This document shows positions 35,088 through 47,763 of a stretch of DNA of 64,000 nt, piece after piece. The DNA is from Sporopachydermia quercuum (lineage: Eukaryota), in the NCBI GenBank assembly GCA_001599295.1, contig BCGN01000008.1:1054001-1118000 (forward strand), in the 5' to 3' direction. The stretch's first letter is position 1, and the number at the start of each line of letters is the position of its first letter. The notes under the pieces were generated by a model that saw only the letters and a program-made list of their open reading frames with translations, ran no database searches and was not told the origin of the DNA. Made by a program: the position numbers and the translations under genes.

Positions 35088-37931
35088 ATGGCTCCGAAAG
35101 ATATCCTTGAAAAAGGAACCAAGATGGTTGTTGGGTCTCACGAGGTGATCATCCAGAAGTATTTAGCAGCAGGTATGTTATATTGGCAGATGATTGTTTA
35201 CACTTGGGTTTGTTCCTTATTGTTTTCTCACTGAGACTTTGTTCATAATTAACAATTGATTATAGGTGCCTATGGTCATGTTTATGCTGTTCAGATTGCA
35301 CCGACACATAACGGATCTGATGTTGGATGTTTGAAAAGAGTTGTTTTACCTGATAAAGAAAGCTTGAATTCTATGAGAGCTGAAGTTGATGTAATGGTAT
35401 GTTGATGTTTATTACGCCTATTATGTTAGTTCGTATTTGAGTATATCCTGCACGATGCATAATAGTATGCGATGGAATCAATATATGATATGCGCATATC
35501 GGATTACATACATGCGTGCACTATACATTCACTATACATAGAACTTATCATCTACCAAGAAATCCCACTGACAAAAAATACTATCCAGAAACAATTGCAA
35601 GGAAATAAGTATATTGTTCAATACTATGACTCGCAAGCATCACGATTACCCAATAGCACATCGTACGAAGTACTGGTTCTTATGGAATACTGTCCAGGCA
35701 AAGGTTTACTTGATTTTATGAACACTCGACTGAAAGAAAAACTGTCTGAAGGGGAAATTTTGAAAATAATGTATGATGTATCTTTAGGTGTTGCTTCCAT
35801 GCATTATTTACAATTCCCATTGATTCATCGTGATTTGAAGATTGAAAATGTCCTTATCAGTGGCGATGGCTTATTCAAGGTATGTGATTTTGGCTCTACG
35901 TCTCCTGTGTTAAGGGTACCAAGGAATCAACAAGAGTTCAATATTCTACAACATGATATTATGATACATACAACAGAACATTATCGTGCTCCTGAGATGA
36001 TTGATCTCTATAGACAGCAACCTGTTGATGAGAAAAGCGATATTTGGGCTTTAGGGGTTTTCCTTTATAAGCTATGTTATTATACAACACCATTCGAATC
36101 AAGAGGCTATCTAGCAATTCTACATGCTGCTTATACTTTTCCTGATCGTCCTCCATATTCTGATCAATTGAAGACTTTGATTGCAATGATGCTGCAGGAG
36201 AACCCTGCCCATAGACCTAATATCTATCAAGTGGTATATGAAGTATGCCGTCAAAGAGGTAAGCCTGTACCTATTAGTGATAAATATGGCTTGGGACCTT
36301 ATATTGCTAGAAACATTTTATACAGTCAAGTTCTTGGAATTCAACCAGTAGGTATTCCTTTGGTAGCTACAGCAAGTGGCACTCCTGGTTCTTATGCGGC
36401 TAATGTTCATCCCAATCAAATGATGTTCCCTCAACAAATGCTTCAAAACTATCCTGTTAGTAGAAAACCAACTCCTGGATACTCTTCTCTACCAATCCAT
36501 GTTAAAGAGAAAACGTCAGGTCAAATGATAAATGATAACACCTCGCAAGGTCGATCATCGACTCCTCAAATTATTTACAAAATGAATGATGTAGCTGGAA
36601 GCTCAATCAACTCTCAAGCTGATCTTTCGTTATTGAATTCTCCCAAACAGATACCCGTTGGTTCATCAGACAGAAATATCGAAGAAGAACCTTCAAAGGG
36701 TTCCTCCATCAACAATAGCAATAGTGCAACTGATACTACAGGTAGTAGCAGAGAAATCTCTGCTGCTAGCAGAGGAATTGGTATTAAACGATCGTCAACA
36801 CTTGAAGCTCATGAGCTAGCCGACCATATATTCTCTCAATCTTCAGGCCTAGTGAACAGTATTCCCATTCTTGAAGAAGCTTTGAGCACACCGGCGAGCC
36901 CGCAGCTTTATCCTACTTCTAATTCGCCTTTAGTTATGCCAACTACACCAGATATATTGAAATTTGAAGAGAAATTTCCCGAATCTCTGGGACCTGATGG
37001 TCAACTAACCGGAGGGTCAACTAATGTCCCTGTATTCAATCTCACAGGTGAAAACACCCAATTTTCCTCTTCAGACGTGGACTCTAATGCACAACGGAAT
37101 TCATATTCGTACTCTAATATGAGGAACACAGGCTCTGTTCCTGTTCCTGTTCCTAATACTGGACCAGCTCCTATGAGCTTCGTGAACAACCAGCATGTCA
37201 CCCCTCATGGGTTTATAATCCAAAGAACTTCACCTTCACCAGAGCGTGGTGGCAGAACAGATCCCACGCTTTTTTCTTCAAAGGAAAATGTGACATACGT
37301 CGGTAGTCCTATTGCATCACCAGATGGCTTTTTGACTCAAACTGCTGTTAGCAGGTCAGTTCCTTCTCTGTCATTAGAAGATGTTACTGCTTGGAAAGAG
37401 GTCTCCAATCCTTTGACAAGCTCATCTGCACACCTGCCACAACCATTGAGTTTTGATGATACTGCCGAACCAAACTGGGGAGATCCAACTAACCCTTTGA
37501 TGAAGAACCATACAGGTTTAAGTATCCAGGAAGTAGAGGTAGACTTAACAGAAGATTCGCCTGAGCAGTACGAAATACATGGAACCCCCAAACATAGGTC
37601 AAAATCTCCTCCCCCGCCTCCTACACGAAGGACTCATGGAAACCCAAATTCTATGGACGATCTGATACATAAGGTATCCAGCATATCATTAACAGAGACA
37701 AGAGTGAAGCTGTCCAATGATGAAGATAGTGATTTTGAAACTGAAGATCGTTCTAAAAGCAGTAGGAACTATGGAAAAGGTAGTGAAAGTGATAGTGATG
37801 ATGGCGATGATGACAGTGACGATGATAGTAGAGATGCCGAAGATAAAGAAGTTACATATGTGGGCACCAGACGTAGTGCTACAAAAAAACTCACTAGCCA
37901 TGCCTCGAAATCACGATCACCCATTCGATAG
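35088..37931 (+). CDS. Ark1/Prk1/Akl1 (NAK) family Ser/Thr kinase, 852 aa; exons 35088-35172, 35266-35396, 35589-37931
   Basis: YLAAG|AYGHVY, CLKRV, EVDVM|KQL, EVLVLMEYC, IHRDLKIENVL, CDFGS and YRAPEMIDLY; two GTATGT introns restore the N-lobe. Confidence 0.92.
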
Positions 37932-39248
37932 GTGTAATTTTATGCGACAAACCACCATGCAAATGCTATACATAACTATGTGGAAGATGAAAACAAAGAA
38001 CGACCTCACCATCTAACTTACAATAAAGGCTAAAAAATGATGACCGTGATGATGACTACACGTTGTCTTCTTTCCATGTTTTACCGTGCCCAAGTTGCAA
38101 ATATTCTTCATATACTATATAATACAATACAGTACAATACGAATCAAACTATTAGAATATGATCAAATCAACATATAAACCACACACATTTTCATAAACA
38201 GACCTCATTAATTAATAACTATATATTGATTTATCTCAACTGAGAATCGATTGTCATAACAAAACTACTTAACGCACATCAACCTAGTTTTAGGCCAATG
38301 TCTTTCCAGAGCCATATATATAGTAATATAATCTGCCAAACAATGCTGTAGTTGACTGGGGCAAATATAGATATATCGTTAATACTAACAGAGTCATAAA
38401 TAGTATCACTACCGTGTCTGAAATTGTCAGGTTAGTCTTAGTAACAAAAGTGTGCGTGATGAGCTGAAAACAAGTAATTCTCTAATTTAACAACATTTAG
38501 CGTCGATACTCGATGGCTCAGTAACAACTTCAAATACTACTTACTCAATATCCAGAACTCTGTCTGAGTTAGTAAATGTGTTGGCAGATCATAAATGTAC
38601 ATCCGCATCAATTTTCTTGGTGTGAGCATAGTGACAGTGTCTTTCAGAAGTTCTGGTCCTGTGCCTGTGCCTGTGCCTGCGTTTCCCGTTCAATGGCAGC
38701 TAATAGATAGACTTTTTTTTACTGATTTACAGTATACAGCTTCTAGTTGAATAAATGATTTTATACCTTGTTACGGTTAATCTACTAACCAAAACACCTT
38801 TTGTGTAGACTCTGCGCGTAGACCTTTTGTGTAGGTTCAGATCAATGGTATGAATACAAACACGATCATTCCATTATCTCAAAATCGAGTCGAAACTATG
38901 AGTTGAGCTTGTGATACCATAATCGAGATTTCAAAACAGTAACATTGTGTGATGAGATATGAAGTCTACAAGTATAGGTTTTCTTCCTTTTTGGTTGAGG
39001 AACACCCAAACATCAAACATTTCAATTTGTTCTCAAGCAAAAAAGCACAGTCAGTTGCTTGAATATTACGCAATAGTTGTAAGACGACGGTATGGACTAG
39101 TTTGGTATTGATATAAGTTAATCTACTAGGGATATAAGTAGATTTGAAGCGATTCAGTCATTGCCAGGGTTCTTTCAAGTGGAAGTGACTAGAGTGCAAT
39201 ACTATTTGGACGGTACATAACATACCAGTAGTGAGAAGAAACCTCATA

Positions 39249-39812
39249 ATGCTAGCAAGTGCACCAAGACGGCTGCTCGCCAACAGCTCTGGGTTCAATA
39301 GTTTGAGGATTGCTTCGTTCTCAACAGCTAGTTGTGTATTTAATGAATCCACGAAGGCTGAAGCTCAAAGACAAGCAGTATTCGATGCCATTAATTCAAC
39401 CAAGCCCAATGAGAATAAGAAACGAGAATTACAAGTTGCTCGAAGTGATATCCAAAAACTTACATCCAAGCTATTAAATCCTTACCAAGAATCCACAGAA
39501 GCACATCAAGTTGAATATCAAATTCGTCAAGAAAATCCAAGAAATGTCGCTAGAGAATTGAAGATACAAGATACTACTGCCGGTAGATATGTGACTCTAA
39601 ATCCTACCACCAATTTCAAATCTGCCATCATTAACTTCAATTCTATCGTTTCACGAAACAGAATCCCTGAGTTTTATAAACGAGATTCAGTTTATCTTAA
39701 ACCTGGTAAAAAGCGGGAGTTGGCCAAATCTCGCAATCATAGAAAGAGATTTGCACAAGGTGTCAAGAGACTATTCAATGTGGTTAATGATGCTAAGAGA
39801 AAGGGTTATTAA
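39249..39812 (+). CDS. MRP21: mitochondrial ribosomal protein bS21m, 187 aa
   Basis: Presequence-like N-terminus; C-terminal YLKPGKKRELAKSRNHRKRF..GVKRLF.VV.DAKRKGY. Confidence 0.88.
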   Translation: MLASAPRRLLANSSGFNSLRIASFSTASCVFNESTKAEAQRQAVFDAINSTKPNENKKRELQVARSDIQKLTSKLLNPYQESTEAHQVEYQIRQENPRNVARELKIQDTTAGRYVTLNPTTNFKSAIINFNSIVSRNRIPEFYKRDSVYLKPGKKRELAKSRNHRKRFAQGVKRLFNVVNDAKRKGY

Positions 39813-39915
39813 TTAGGTCTACATCGTCAGAGCAAGTGTTAATTACTCTCAGGAAATTAATAATAAAACTAATTTATGAAAAGTTGAATTATTACAATGC
39901 TCTCTCTCTTTTTTT

Positions 39916-39925
39916 CTTGTATATA
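39916..39925 (+). promoter_or_regulatory. Puf3-type element (CUUGUAUAUA) in the MRP21 3'UTR
   Basis: Matches CNUGUANAUA, about 100 nt after the stop codon of a mitoribosomal gene. Confidence 0.6.
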
Positions 39926-40679
39926 TAGACTAAGTTTTTAGTTCATGAATCTTCCTTACTTACTATATATCTCACTGTATGCTACTGATATGTCTACTAT
40001 TCTTATTGGATGATCTACATCTTACAAATGCGAATGTCTGATGGTTTTATTTCCAGTCCATTAAATAAGTATTCTCTTAGACCTAGAGGAGTAACTTGCT
40101 TCATTTGCAACAAAAATGAAGCTTCATGTTCTCGCAATGCACTAAAGTTCGCAAGTTATGCATCATTTATGCAAGAGCATCAGAAATCTCTTAACATCCT
40201 AGCATCTCTCCTATTACTACATTTCCTGATCAAAACTCTAGCCGAAAATTAATTATATAAACTGGACTGTTTAATCCAAAGCTGTTATTTAACAAACAAT
40301 GCATTTTATTTATCTTCTCTCTTTCTGATTCAAATTAATTGTACTTTTACTACCCACTACTTCTCCTTCTTTCTACCTTCATTTAATTGCTTTGCATATA
40401 CTCACAGAACACTGCATAGATTCATTTCCTCTCATCAAAGTTTGTTCCCCGAAAAACACGTCCTTCTCCCTCAACTACATTTATTCATTGCTTTCAAATA
40501 GACTCACTTAATTTAAAACTAGAAAATAGACACTATTGCACAACTATTGGAAACATCTGCACTTCACTCTCGACGTTTTCATCTCATCATAGAAACATAA
40601 ACATATGTACACACAACATACACGCACATATTTCCATGCGCAGTAGAATCAGAATATAGCATTTCACCATCCCACCACC

Positions 40680-42164
40680 ATGGTTGATATTCCTTCTCAA
40701 GGAAGCTCCACAGCCGTGTCAGCTTACGTTAACCTTCTCAATACTATTCTTGGGGCAGGAATGCTTGCTATGCCATATGCTGTGAAGTCGAATGGTCTTT
40801 TATTGGGTGTCATCATTATCATCTGGAGTGGATTTGCATCTGGGTTTGGCCTTTATGTCCAAGGAGCTTGCACAAGATTTGTACCCAGCGGCCATGCTTC
40901 ATTTTTTGCGTTATCGCAGTTGACTTATCCTTCTTTGAGCGTGATATTTGATCTAGCTATTGCGATAAAATGCTTTGGTGTTGGAATTTCTTATTTGGTA
41001 GTCATTGGTGATCTCATGCCCCAAATAGCTGAAACATTTTTACCCGGGGAAAGGGAAGACCTTCATCCCTTAGTGTTGGAAAGAAACTTTTGGATTACGA
41101 TATGTATGCTAGTTGTGATTCCTTTATCATTTTTGAAAAAACTGGACTCCTTGAGGTATGCATCTATAGTTGCGTTATCATCTGTTGTATACCTTGTGCT
41201 ATTAATCATTGGTCATTTCATTTTTGGGGATACAGCTGATCAGAGAGGTCCAGTAAGAGTCTTCGCACCTGAAGGTGCTACGGCCTTTCTTTCTGCATTT
41301 CCCATTTTTGTATTTGCATACACATGCCACCAAAACATGTTTGCTTTGGTTAATGAACTTGAAGATAAAAGTAGTCAGAATATATTCAGATTCATCAAAG
41401 CAGCTATTGGTACGGCAGTTTCATTATACTGTGTGGTGGGTGTATTGGGATATCTTTCATTCGGAAGCAATATTACGGGAAATATCATAGCTCTTTATCC
41501 TCCTAGTATGACATCTATTATTGGAAAGATAGCTATTGTGGTTCTTGTTGTTCTTTCCTATCCTCTACAATGTCATCCATGTCGAGCATCAATCAATCAC
41601 ATCGTTAGGTACTATGAACTTAACTACACAGAGGATTCTGATAGAGCGTCTGTATCTTCAGAAACAGAGAACTACTCTCAGGAACGGATTTCAGAGGAAC
41701 GTAGCACTTCAGAAAGCAACCGACTTTTGCCCAATGAACCAGCAGATGATGTTACTTATCGATGTAGTGAGAGTGGTTTAAGCAGCAGAAGATCATCGAT
41801 TGAAATCATACTAGAAGAAGAAGAAGCACAGGAGGAAGAAGTCAAGGACCAACCTCTTCCAGTTATGAGCGATCGACGTTTCATTTTATTAACTATCTTC
41901 ATTTTGATCGGCAGCTATATTGTTGCTATGACTGTATCGTCTTTACAGCACGTACTAGCATTTGTGGGAGCAACAGGTTCAACATCTATTTCTTTCATTC
42001 TACCCGGTATTTTTGGGTATAAATTGATCGGTAGTGGAGCTGATCCGATCGATTTCACTATCAAGAGGAAAATAGTTAAATATCTATCTGGTGTGCTATC
42101 AATTTGGGGCTTTTTAGTGATGGTAGTTTGTTTGTCAGTCAATATTTTCCTAGGGACAAAATAA
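40680..42164 (+). CDS. vacuolar amino-acid transporter (AVT5/6/7 group), 494 aa
   Basis: NLLNTILGAGMLAMPYA, FDLAIAIKCFGVGISY, FVFAYTCHQNMF and VGATGSTSISFILPG. Confidence 0.92.
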   Translation: MVDIPSQGSSTAVSAYVNLLNTILGAGMLAMPYAVKSNGLLLGVIIIIWSGFASGFGLYVQGACTRFVPSGHASFFALSQLTYPSLSVIFDLAIAIKCFGVGISYLVVIGDLMPQIAETFLPGEREDLHPLVLERNFWITICMLVVIPLSFLKKLDSLRYASIVALSSVVYLVLLIIGHFIFGDTADQRGPVRVFAPEGATAFLSAFPIFVFAYTCHQNMFALVNELEDKSSQNIFRFIKAAIGTAVSLYCVVGVLGYLSFGSNITGNIIALYPPSMTSIIGKIAIVVLVVLSYPLQCHPCRASINHIVRYYELNYTEDSDRASVSSETENYSQERISEERSTSESNRLLPNEPADDVTYRCSESGLSSRRSSIEIILEEEEAQEEEVKDQPLPVMSDRRFILLTIFILIGSYIVAMTVSSLQHVLAFVGATGSTSISFILPGIFGYKLIGSGADPIDFTIKRKIVKYLSGVLSIWGFLVMVVCLSVNIFLGTK

Positions 42165-43383
42165 AAGTAGAATGAAGAAAAGGTCGATGTGAATACGGTA
42201 TTTTAAAAACGGCATAGAGATTTTGCAAGGATTGACTGGTTTTAGATGGAAGGGATGAAAGCAAAAGGAAATGATGATAACGTAATGTACGGTGGGGAAT
42301 GTTATCATGACAATGGAACTAGATGTGTATACATGATTATTTGGAGAATTTGATGCAAGAAAATAGATTGCTTTTAGCTAAATTATGCGTTTGCTTGTCA
42401 AACTGTCTACTGATTTATCATATTCGTAGGCTTCTACCCAGCTTCAGTAAGTAAACATTGTTGTCCAATAACAGGGTGACTGAACATTAAGTCTTCGGCA
42501 GACTTTGTATGATTCCTGACTACATAATCATTAAAAGTTAATTATGTACCTGATTGATTATAATATTGAATTGAATAACTGGTTCATTTTTACTTTTAAT
42601 TCTTTTACTTTTTACGCTTTTAACGAAAACTGTCTTGAAAAGTTTACCTGAATAATTTTCCTCATTGAAAAAAATACTACAAGTCTAGCTTTAACACTTA
42701 ATCGGTCACATCCTCTCGGCATCGGAATTCCAATTGGTTTATGCTCAACCAACAAAGTTTGTACCACTTAGACATGCATGAAATCTACAGCTATGTAATT
42801 ACATGTACACACTGTTCAAACACGATGAATTCTCTTATGAAACGCGCGTTGGTTCCCTTCCATAGGGTCTTTTTCCTTTATTTTATTTACTATAATTATT
42901 TACTAGTTTAATTTTAAGCTAGTCAAACTAAACGGTGGATATTTTATTTTGATCGTTAACTGTACGAAGTTTTACGCAAGGTAGATAGAATTTACTATTG
43001 ATATTGATAAAATAAGAGTGCCGATTAGATCCTTTAGACAAGTAATATATCTAAACAGCTAGTTGTGCGTGATTAGATCTGATCTGATATCAGTATCGTG
43101 TTGGACCGTTGTAATCAGGGGACATAAATTTATACGAACAGTCAAGTATAGGTCTTTTCGGATTAATTGAGTCAATAGAACTTTGCTACTGCAAGTGAAG
43201 TTTACTAGATTCTTTGCTCGTTGGCGCAATCGTTGATCGGCCTGAATTTGAAAGGAAATTGAAACACACTCAAGTATTCATTAATACGGGTGTTTCCAAC
43301 TCTACAGCTACTCAACTTATAAAAAATTTCAACATTAGCAAGTTGAAATACATATCAAACATAAACATAATTATTCTATTACA

Positions 43384-44445
43384 ATGGGTAGTCGGTTTGT
43401 TTCTTCACAATCATCATTTATTATTTCAAATATCCTTGGTGATCCTTTTTCATTGGCCACTCTATCGATTGCAGCTGTATGTTATTATTTCGATGTAAAG
43501 CGATACAGGAAAAATTGGAAGAAAAGATGATGGACTAGTGATCATTGATTAGCTATCAGGCTTACTAACGAATGATCCATTTAGATTTCATGGCTTATTG
43601 CATTTATAGGATCCATTGCTGCTGATAGCGAAGGAGTGTATCCCAGGTTCAGTTGGTGGGCTATCGTTTTCCAGTTTTTACTAATTATAGCAATCTTTTT
43701 CCTGATTGCATGCGGTAATGTGGACACATACAGATTAGCAGTACGTTATTTTGTCTAATTGGTTATTTTTCTATTCATTTATTCTGTTTTTTTTTTGTTG
43801 GTCTAACATATCATCTAGTTAGTAGGAAGCCTTGCTACTGCCACTGTTTATACGACCAACTCAGTGAATAATCTTGTTTATTCTTCAAAATCTGCTAATG
43901 CGGCAGCAGCGGCTGGGTTTATCTTATTATCTATCATTAATCTGATTTGGCTCTTCTATTTTGGATCTACAGACGAGTCAACGCCAAAAGCTTGGATAGA
44001 CGAGTTTTCTGTCAATAAGTATAGAAACAGCAACAAAGAAGGTAATAATGGACATCAAGCTATTCCAAACAGAACTCCTGTTGGCCGAAATAGCGAATTT
44101 GACATGGAGGTTAATCCATTTTCCAGCCAGAATCCCTACTCTGATGGAAGGCCTATATCTACTGCCACCTCTGGCGTTAACCTATCATCACCAATCGCAC
44201 CTATTGGCAGAGATCCTACTGATACTGTTGGCACAACAGACACCACAGGAATGCCTATTCAATATTCTTACAGAGCGAAAGCTTTATTTGCCTACGAAGC
44301 AAATCCGGAAGATGAAAATGAAATATCGTTTGATAAAGATGAAATATTGGAAGTCAGCGATATCCAGGGTAGATGGTGGCAAGCTCGAAGAGCAAATGGT
44401 GACGTTGGCATATGCCCAAGTAACTATGTAGAGTTACTACAGTAA
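43384..44445 (+). CDS. SHO1: osmosensor Sho1 (4 TM + SH3), 291 aa; exons 43384-43476, 43585-43740, 43819-44445
   Basis: GDPFSLATLSIA|ISWLIAF, FSWW, YRLA|LVG, AAAAGFILLS..N.IW..YFG and SH3 RAKALFAYEANPEDENEISF; two canonical phase-0 introns. Confidence 0.96.
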
Positions 44446-44705
44446 TGAGTTAATCACAGGAATATGATTATGTATGCCATTGTATCATATATATAGAAAT
44501 GTGACAGACAAAACGAAAAACAATTAGTGTTATAGGAAAAAGGAACACATTTTGGTAATCCCAAACGTTGGAATTATTCTGTAATTATTCAGTATTTTTC
44601 TGATTATGTATATTGTATTAATGTATAAGTAATTTGATTTTACATCAGTAGCCATATAATTTAGTAAGCATACATATATTAATATTCGATGTCTAGAGCC
44701 ATCCG

Positions 44706-44715
44706 TATATACAAG
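44706..44715 (-). promoter_or_regulatory. Puf3-type element (CUUGUAUAUA) in the MRPL19 3'UTR
   Basis: The + strand TATATACAAG is CTTGTATATA on the coding strand, about 100 nt after the stop codon. Confidence 0.6.
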
Positions 44716-44812
44716 AATTTCAATAGCTTCCTCACACCGAACTGCAATTCCCTGTAAATAATCATTCCATCAAGTGCCATAATGAGTCAGTATTTGATAA
44801 CAGATTCGTCCA

Positions 44813-45253
44813 TCATGGAGCCACCTTTATCCCCATACTTTGTGCGACACCTAGAATACTCTTGCAGATATCTTTGAGAGGGATATCAGCATGTTTCGCA
44901 TCCGTCTTCTTGATCTTCGCTATTTCATACACATGTTTCAAACTGACGGTTCCTGCAACCTCTGTTTTCACATTTGAAGCACCCTTTTCCACACCGGCTG
45001 CTCGTAGTAATAAGTATCCTGTTGGTGGTGATTTGATTTCAAATGAAAACGATCGATCTGGCTTAACTATCATAGACACAGGACAGGGAACATTTGGTGC
45101 TAAATTTGCAGTTCTTGCATTGAATTCTTTACAGAAATCCATAGCCTTCACACCCTTAGAACCAAGAGCAGGGCCAACCGGCGGTGATGGTGATGCAGAA
45201 CCGGCTCCAACAATCAGTTTCACCATAGCATTCTTTACTGTGTTCTTTGACAT
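44813..45253 (-). CDS. MRPL19: mitochondrial ribosomal protein uL11m, 146 aa
   Basis: [37 protein letters not shown] and [12 protein letters not shown]. Confidence 0.96.
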   Translation of the reverse strand: MSKNTVKNAMVKLIVGAGSASPSPPVGPALGSKGVKAMDFCKEFNARTANLAPNVPCPVSMIVKPDRSFSFEIKSPPTGYLLLRAAGVEKGASNVKTEVAGTVSLKHVYEIAKIKKTDAKHADIPLKDICKSILGVAQSMGIKVAP

Positions 45254-45489
45254 CTTTCTGCTGAAATAAGGCGGTGTTGATTCGATGATCAGCCGTTATG
45301 TTTTCATTCAACCTATTATAAATATTGCGCAAAGTTAAAAATGATTTTGAAGAAAAGAGAGGTGGTTTTAGAGCATATGACTGATGTACTCTCTCAATTC
45401 CGTGAAGTGGTGAGAAGTATGCCATTCGATGATAGAGGGTAAGGTTTACTATGAAAAATTTGAAGAGCTGATATATCGGAGATAATGTA

Positions 45490-45497
45490 CACGTGAC
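45490..45497. promoter_or_regulatory. Cbf1-type E-box (GTCACGTG on the minus strand) upstream of MRPL19
   Basis: Exact CACGTGAC about 240 bp upstream of the ATG; motif match only. Confidence 0.4.
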
Positions 45498-45774
45498 TTA
45501 GTAATATCGAAAATAACTATAAAATTATGTTTTCCGAAATACTACATTTATTGTGGTCCTTGAGTTTTAGAAGAATATAAAATATTATGGATATGATATG
45601 ATAGATAATTTATTAAAAATACTGGTCTATGATATAGAATACATTTTGCAAATATTCGAGATAAAAAGAAATTGAATTCCCAAAGTATTTATTAGTGAGA
45701 ATTGGTATAATTTTCACCGCATCAAAATTTATATTATATTAACATGATACAACACAAATCAACAATAATCAAAT

Positions 45775-47763
45775 CTATTCTTCATTAGTACTTTCAAAAG
45801 GAGTCAATGACTTGGTGGCTTCGTCCCAAGTGGCGCCATAGTAACAAACTTCTTTAACAGCCTTGACAACATCTTCTAAAGAACCTCTAACTTGCTTTGT
45901 AGAGTCTCTTTCTCTAAGAGTTACACTTTCGTCGGCAACTGATTCGAAATCAATAGTAATTCCAAAAGGTGTACCTAATTCGTCGTTTCTGGCGTATCTC
46001 TTACCAATGGATGCAGAGGAGTCATCAACTTTGAAAGGAATAGCGCTCTTTCTCAAAACAGAAGAAACCTTGTGTACAATTGGAGCCAGCTGAGAATTGT
46101 TGGACAAAGGAACAAGTAAGACCTTGGTAGGTGCGACCAATGGAGGCAACGAGAGGACAACTCTGTTTTCATCTTCAGGCCTAGCCCAGAAAGAGTGCTC
46201 AAAAACACAGTAAATGATACGACCAATGCCAAATGATGGTTCAATAACATTAGGAGTATACTCTCTGATGTGTTCAACGAATGACTTCTTGTTGATACTG
46301 ATCAATGACTTATCTAATTCAACTTCATCGTCAATGCCATTAATCTTCAGTTTTAATGATAAATCTTTAGACAATTGGGTCATGTAATCTTCCAATTCGC
46401 ATTCAGTCCGAGTGTTCAAGAATTCTTCAACCTTTGGAGCATCACGCTTGAACTTGGGTCCAAACTTCTTTTTCTCAATCTCGACAGTAAGTCTTTCACC
46501 TGTAAGAGGAGTTTCCAACTTCTCTCTCACAACTAACTTTTCTTTAGTTCTAGCAGAGTGCACAGATAAATCGTAGGCAGATCTATCGGCACAACCAACA
46601 CATTCAATCCAGCCATAAGAAGTCTTCAATTCAGCATCCCAACAGTCAGTGGCATAATGGGCCATTTCGTTGGCCATATGCTGACGGAATCTGAGTTTTT
46701 CAGGGTCAGCACCAATCTTAGTCAAGAACAAGAAAATTCTAGCAATGAAATATCCCAAAGTTTCATTTTCAACCATACCAGAAGCAACAGCTTCACCGAT
46801 AGAAATAACGGTGATATCAGTCTTGCCAGCAGATTGAACGTCTTTGGGCCAGAGATTCAATTTAATGTCTTTCACTTCATGAAATCTGGGGTGATTCTTT
46901 GATTCTGGATCAACGAAATGTTCGATTTCAGCCATGAGGAATTCACGAACTCGAAGAAGACCAGATCTAGGTGAAATTTCGTTTCTGAAAGATTTACCAA
47001 TAGATGCGGAAGCAAAAGGCATCTTCAAGTTATTGAAATCGAGTAATTTACTAAAATTCAAGAACTGACCTTGAGCAGTCTCAGGTCTGAGATAACCTTT
47101 GACTTGACCAGAAGGACCAATAGCTGTTTCAAACATGAGATTGAACTCAACTGGAGGTTCTAAAGCTCCACCTGTAGCAGGATTGGTGATATTGTATTTC
47201 TTCATAATCTCTCCTAATTCAGGACCAGAGAAACCATCAATCTTAGCCAAAATGGTTTCAATTTCTTCTTTAGTAGAATCATCAAGCTTCTCTGCTTTGA
47301 CGTCCTTCACCTTCTTCTTTCTCTTCTTTTCTTCTTGACTCTTATCGCCAGCAACTTCTTCAACAGTCTTTGTACCTCTGGCAATTTCATCACCTTTCAA
47401 TCTACTTTCTAATACTTCTTCAACAAGATGATCAGCTCTAAAGATTTCACCAGTTTTCAAATCTCTGCACATCCAATCGGCAAATTTGTCTACGTGCCCA
47501 GATGTTTTCAAGACTTCGTAGGGGGTCAACATAGTACAGTCAACTTCCAACATATCCTCTTCCAAAATGAAATGCCTTCTCCACACATCAACGATGTTGG
47601 CTTGGAAAGCACAACCCGGTGGACCGTAATCATACAAACCAGAAACACCACCATATATTTCAAATGCTGGTGCAAAGAAAAATCTTCTTTTCAAAGTGGA
47701 ATCCAACGATTCCCTACTGAAAGGGATCACTTTCTTTCCTTCTGCAACTGATGTAGCTGACAT
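45775..47763 (-). CDS. GRS1: glycyl-tRNA synthetase (AUG-initiated form); the frame stays open upstream to at least 48060
   Basis: IYGGVSGLYDYGPPG, LKTSGHVDKF, YLRPETAQGQF, FRNEISPRSGLLRVREF and VIEPSFGIGRI. Confidence 0.97.
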   Translation of the reverse strand: MSATSVAEGKKVIPFSRESLDSTLKRRFFFAPAFEIYGGVSGLYDYGPPGCAFQANIVDVWRRHFILEEDMLEVDCTMLTPYEVLKTSGHVDKFADWMCRDLKTGEIFRADHLVEEVLESRLKGDEIARGTKTVEEVAGDKSQEEKKRKKKVKDVKAEKLDDSTKEEIETILAKIDGFSGPELGEIMKKYNITNPATGGALEPPVEFNLMFETAIGPSGQVKGYLRPETAQGQFLNFSKLLDFNNLKMPFASASIGKSFRNEISPRSGLLRVREFLMAEIEHFVDPESKNHPRFHEVKDIKLNLWPKDVQSAGKTDITVISIGEAVASGMVENETLGYFIARIFLFLTKIGADPEKLRFRQHMANEMAHYATDCWDAELKTSYGWIECVGCADRSAYDLSVHSARTKEKLVVREKLETPLTGERLTVEIEKKKFGPKFKRDAPKVEEFLNTRTECELEDYMTQLSKDLSLKLKINGIDDEVELDKSLISINKKSFVEHIREYTPNVIEPSFGIGRIIYCVFEHSFWARPEDENRVVLSLPPLVAPTKVLLVPLSNNSQLAPIVHKVSSVLRKSAIPFKVDDSSASIGKRYARNDELGTPFGITIDFESVADESVTLRERDSTKQVRGSLEDVVKAVKEVCYYGATWDEATKSLTPFESTNEE

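Noticed and set aside
35472..35588. ORF-track start of the kinase (MESIYDM...)
   Set aside because: This is intronic; two upstream exons supply the Gly-rich loop and catalytic Lys.
37932..38033. Coding-looking sequence after the kinase stop (possible readthrough)
   Set aside because: Two in-frame stops (TAG GTG TAA), with no readthrough context or splice sites.
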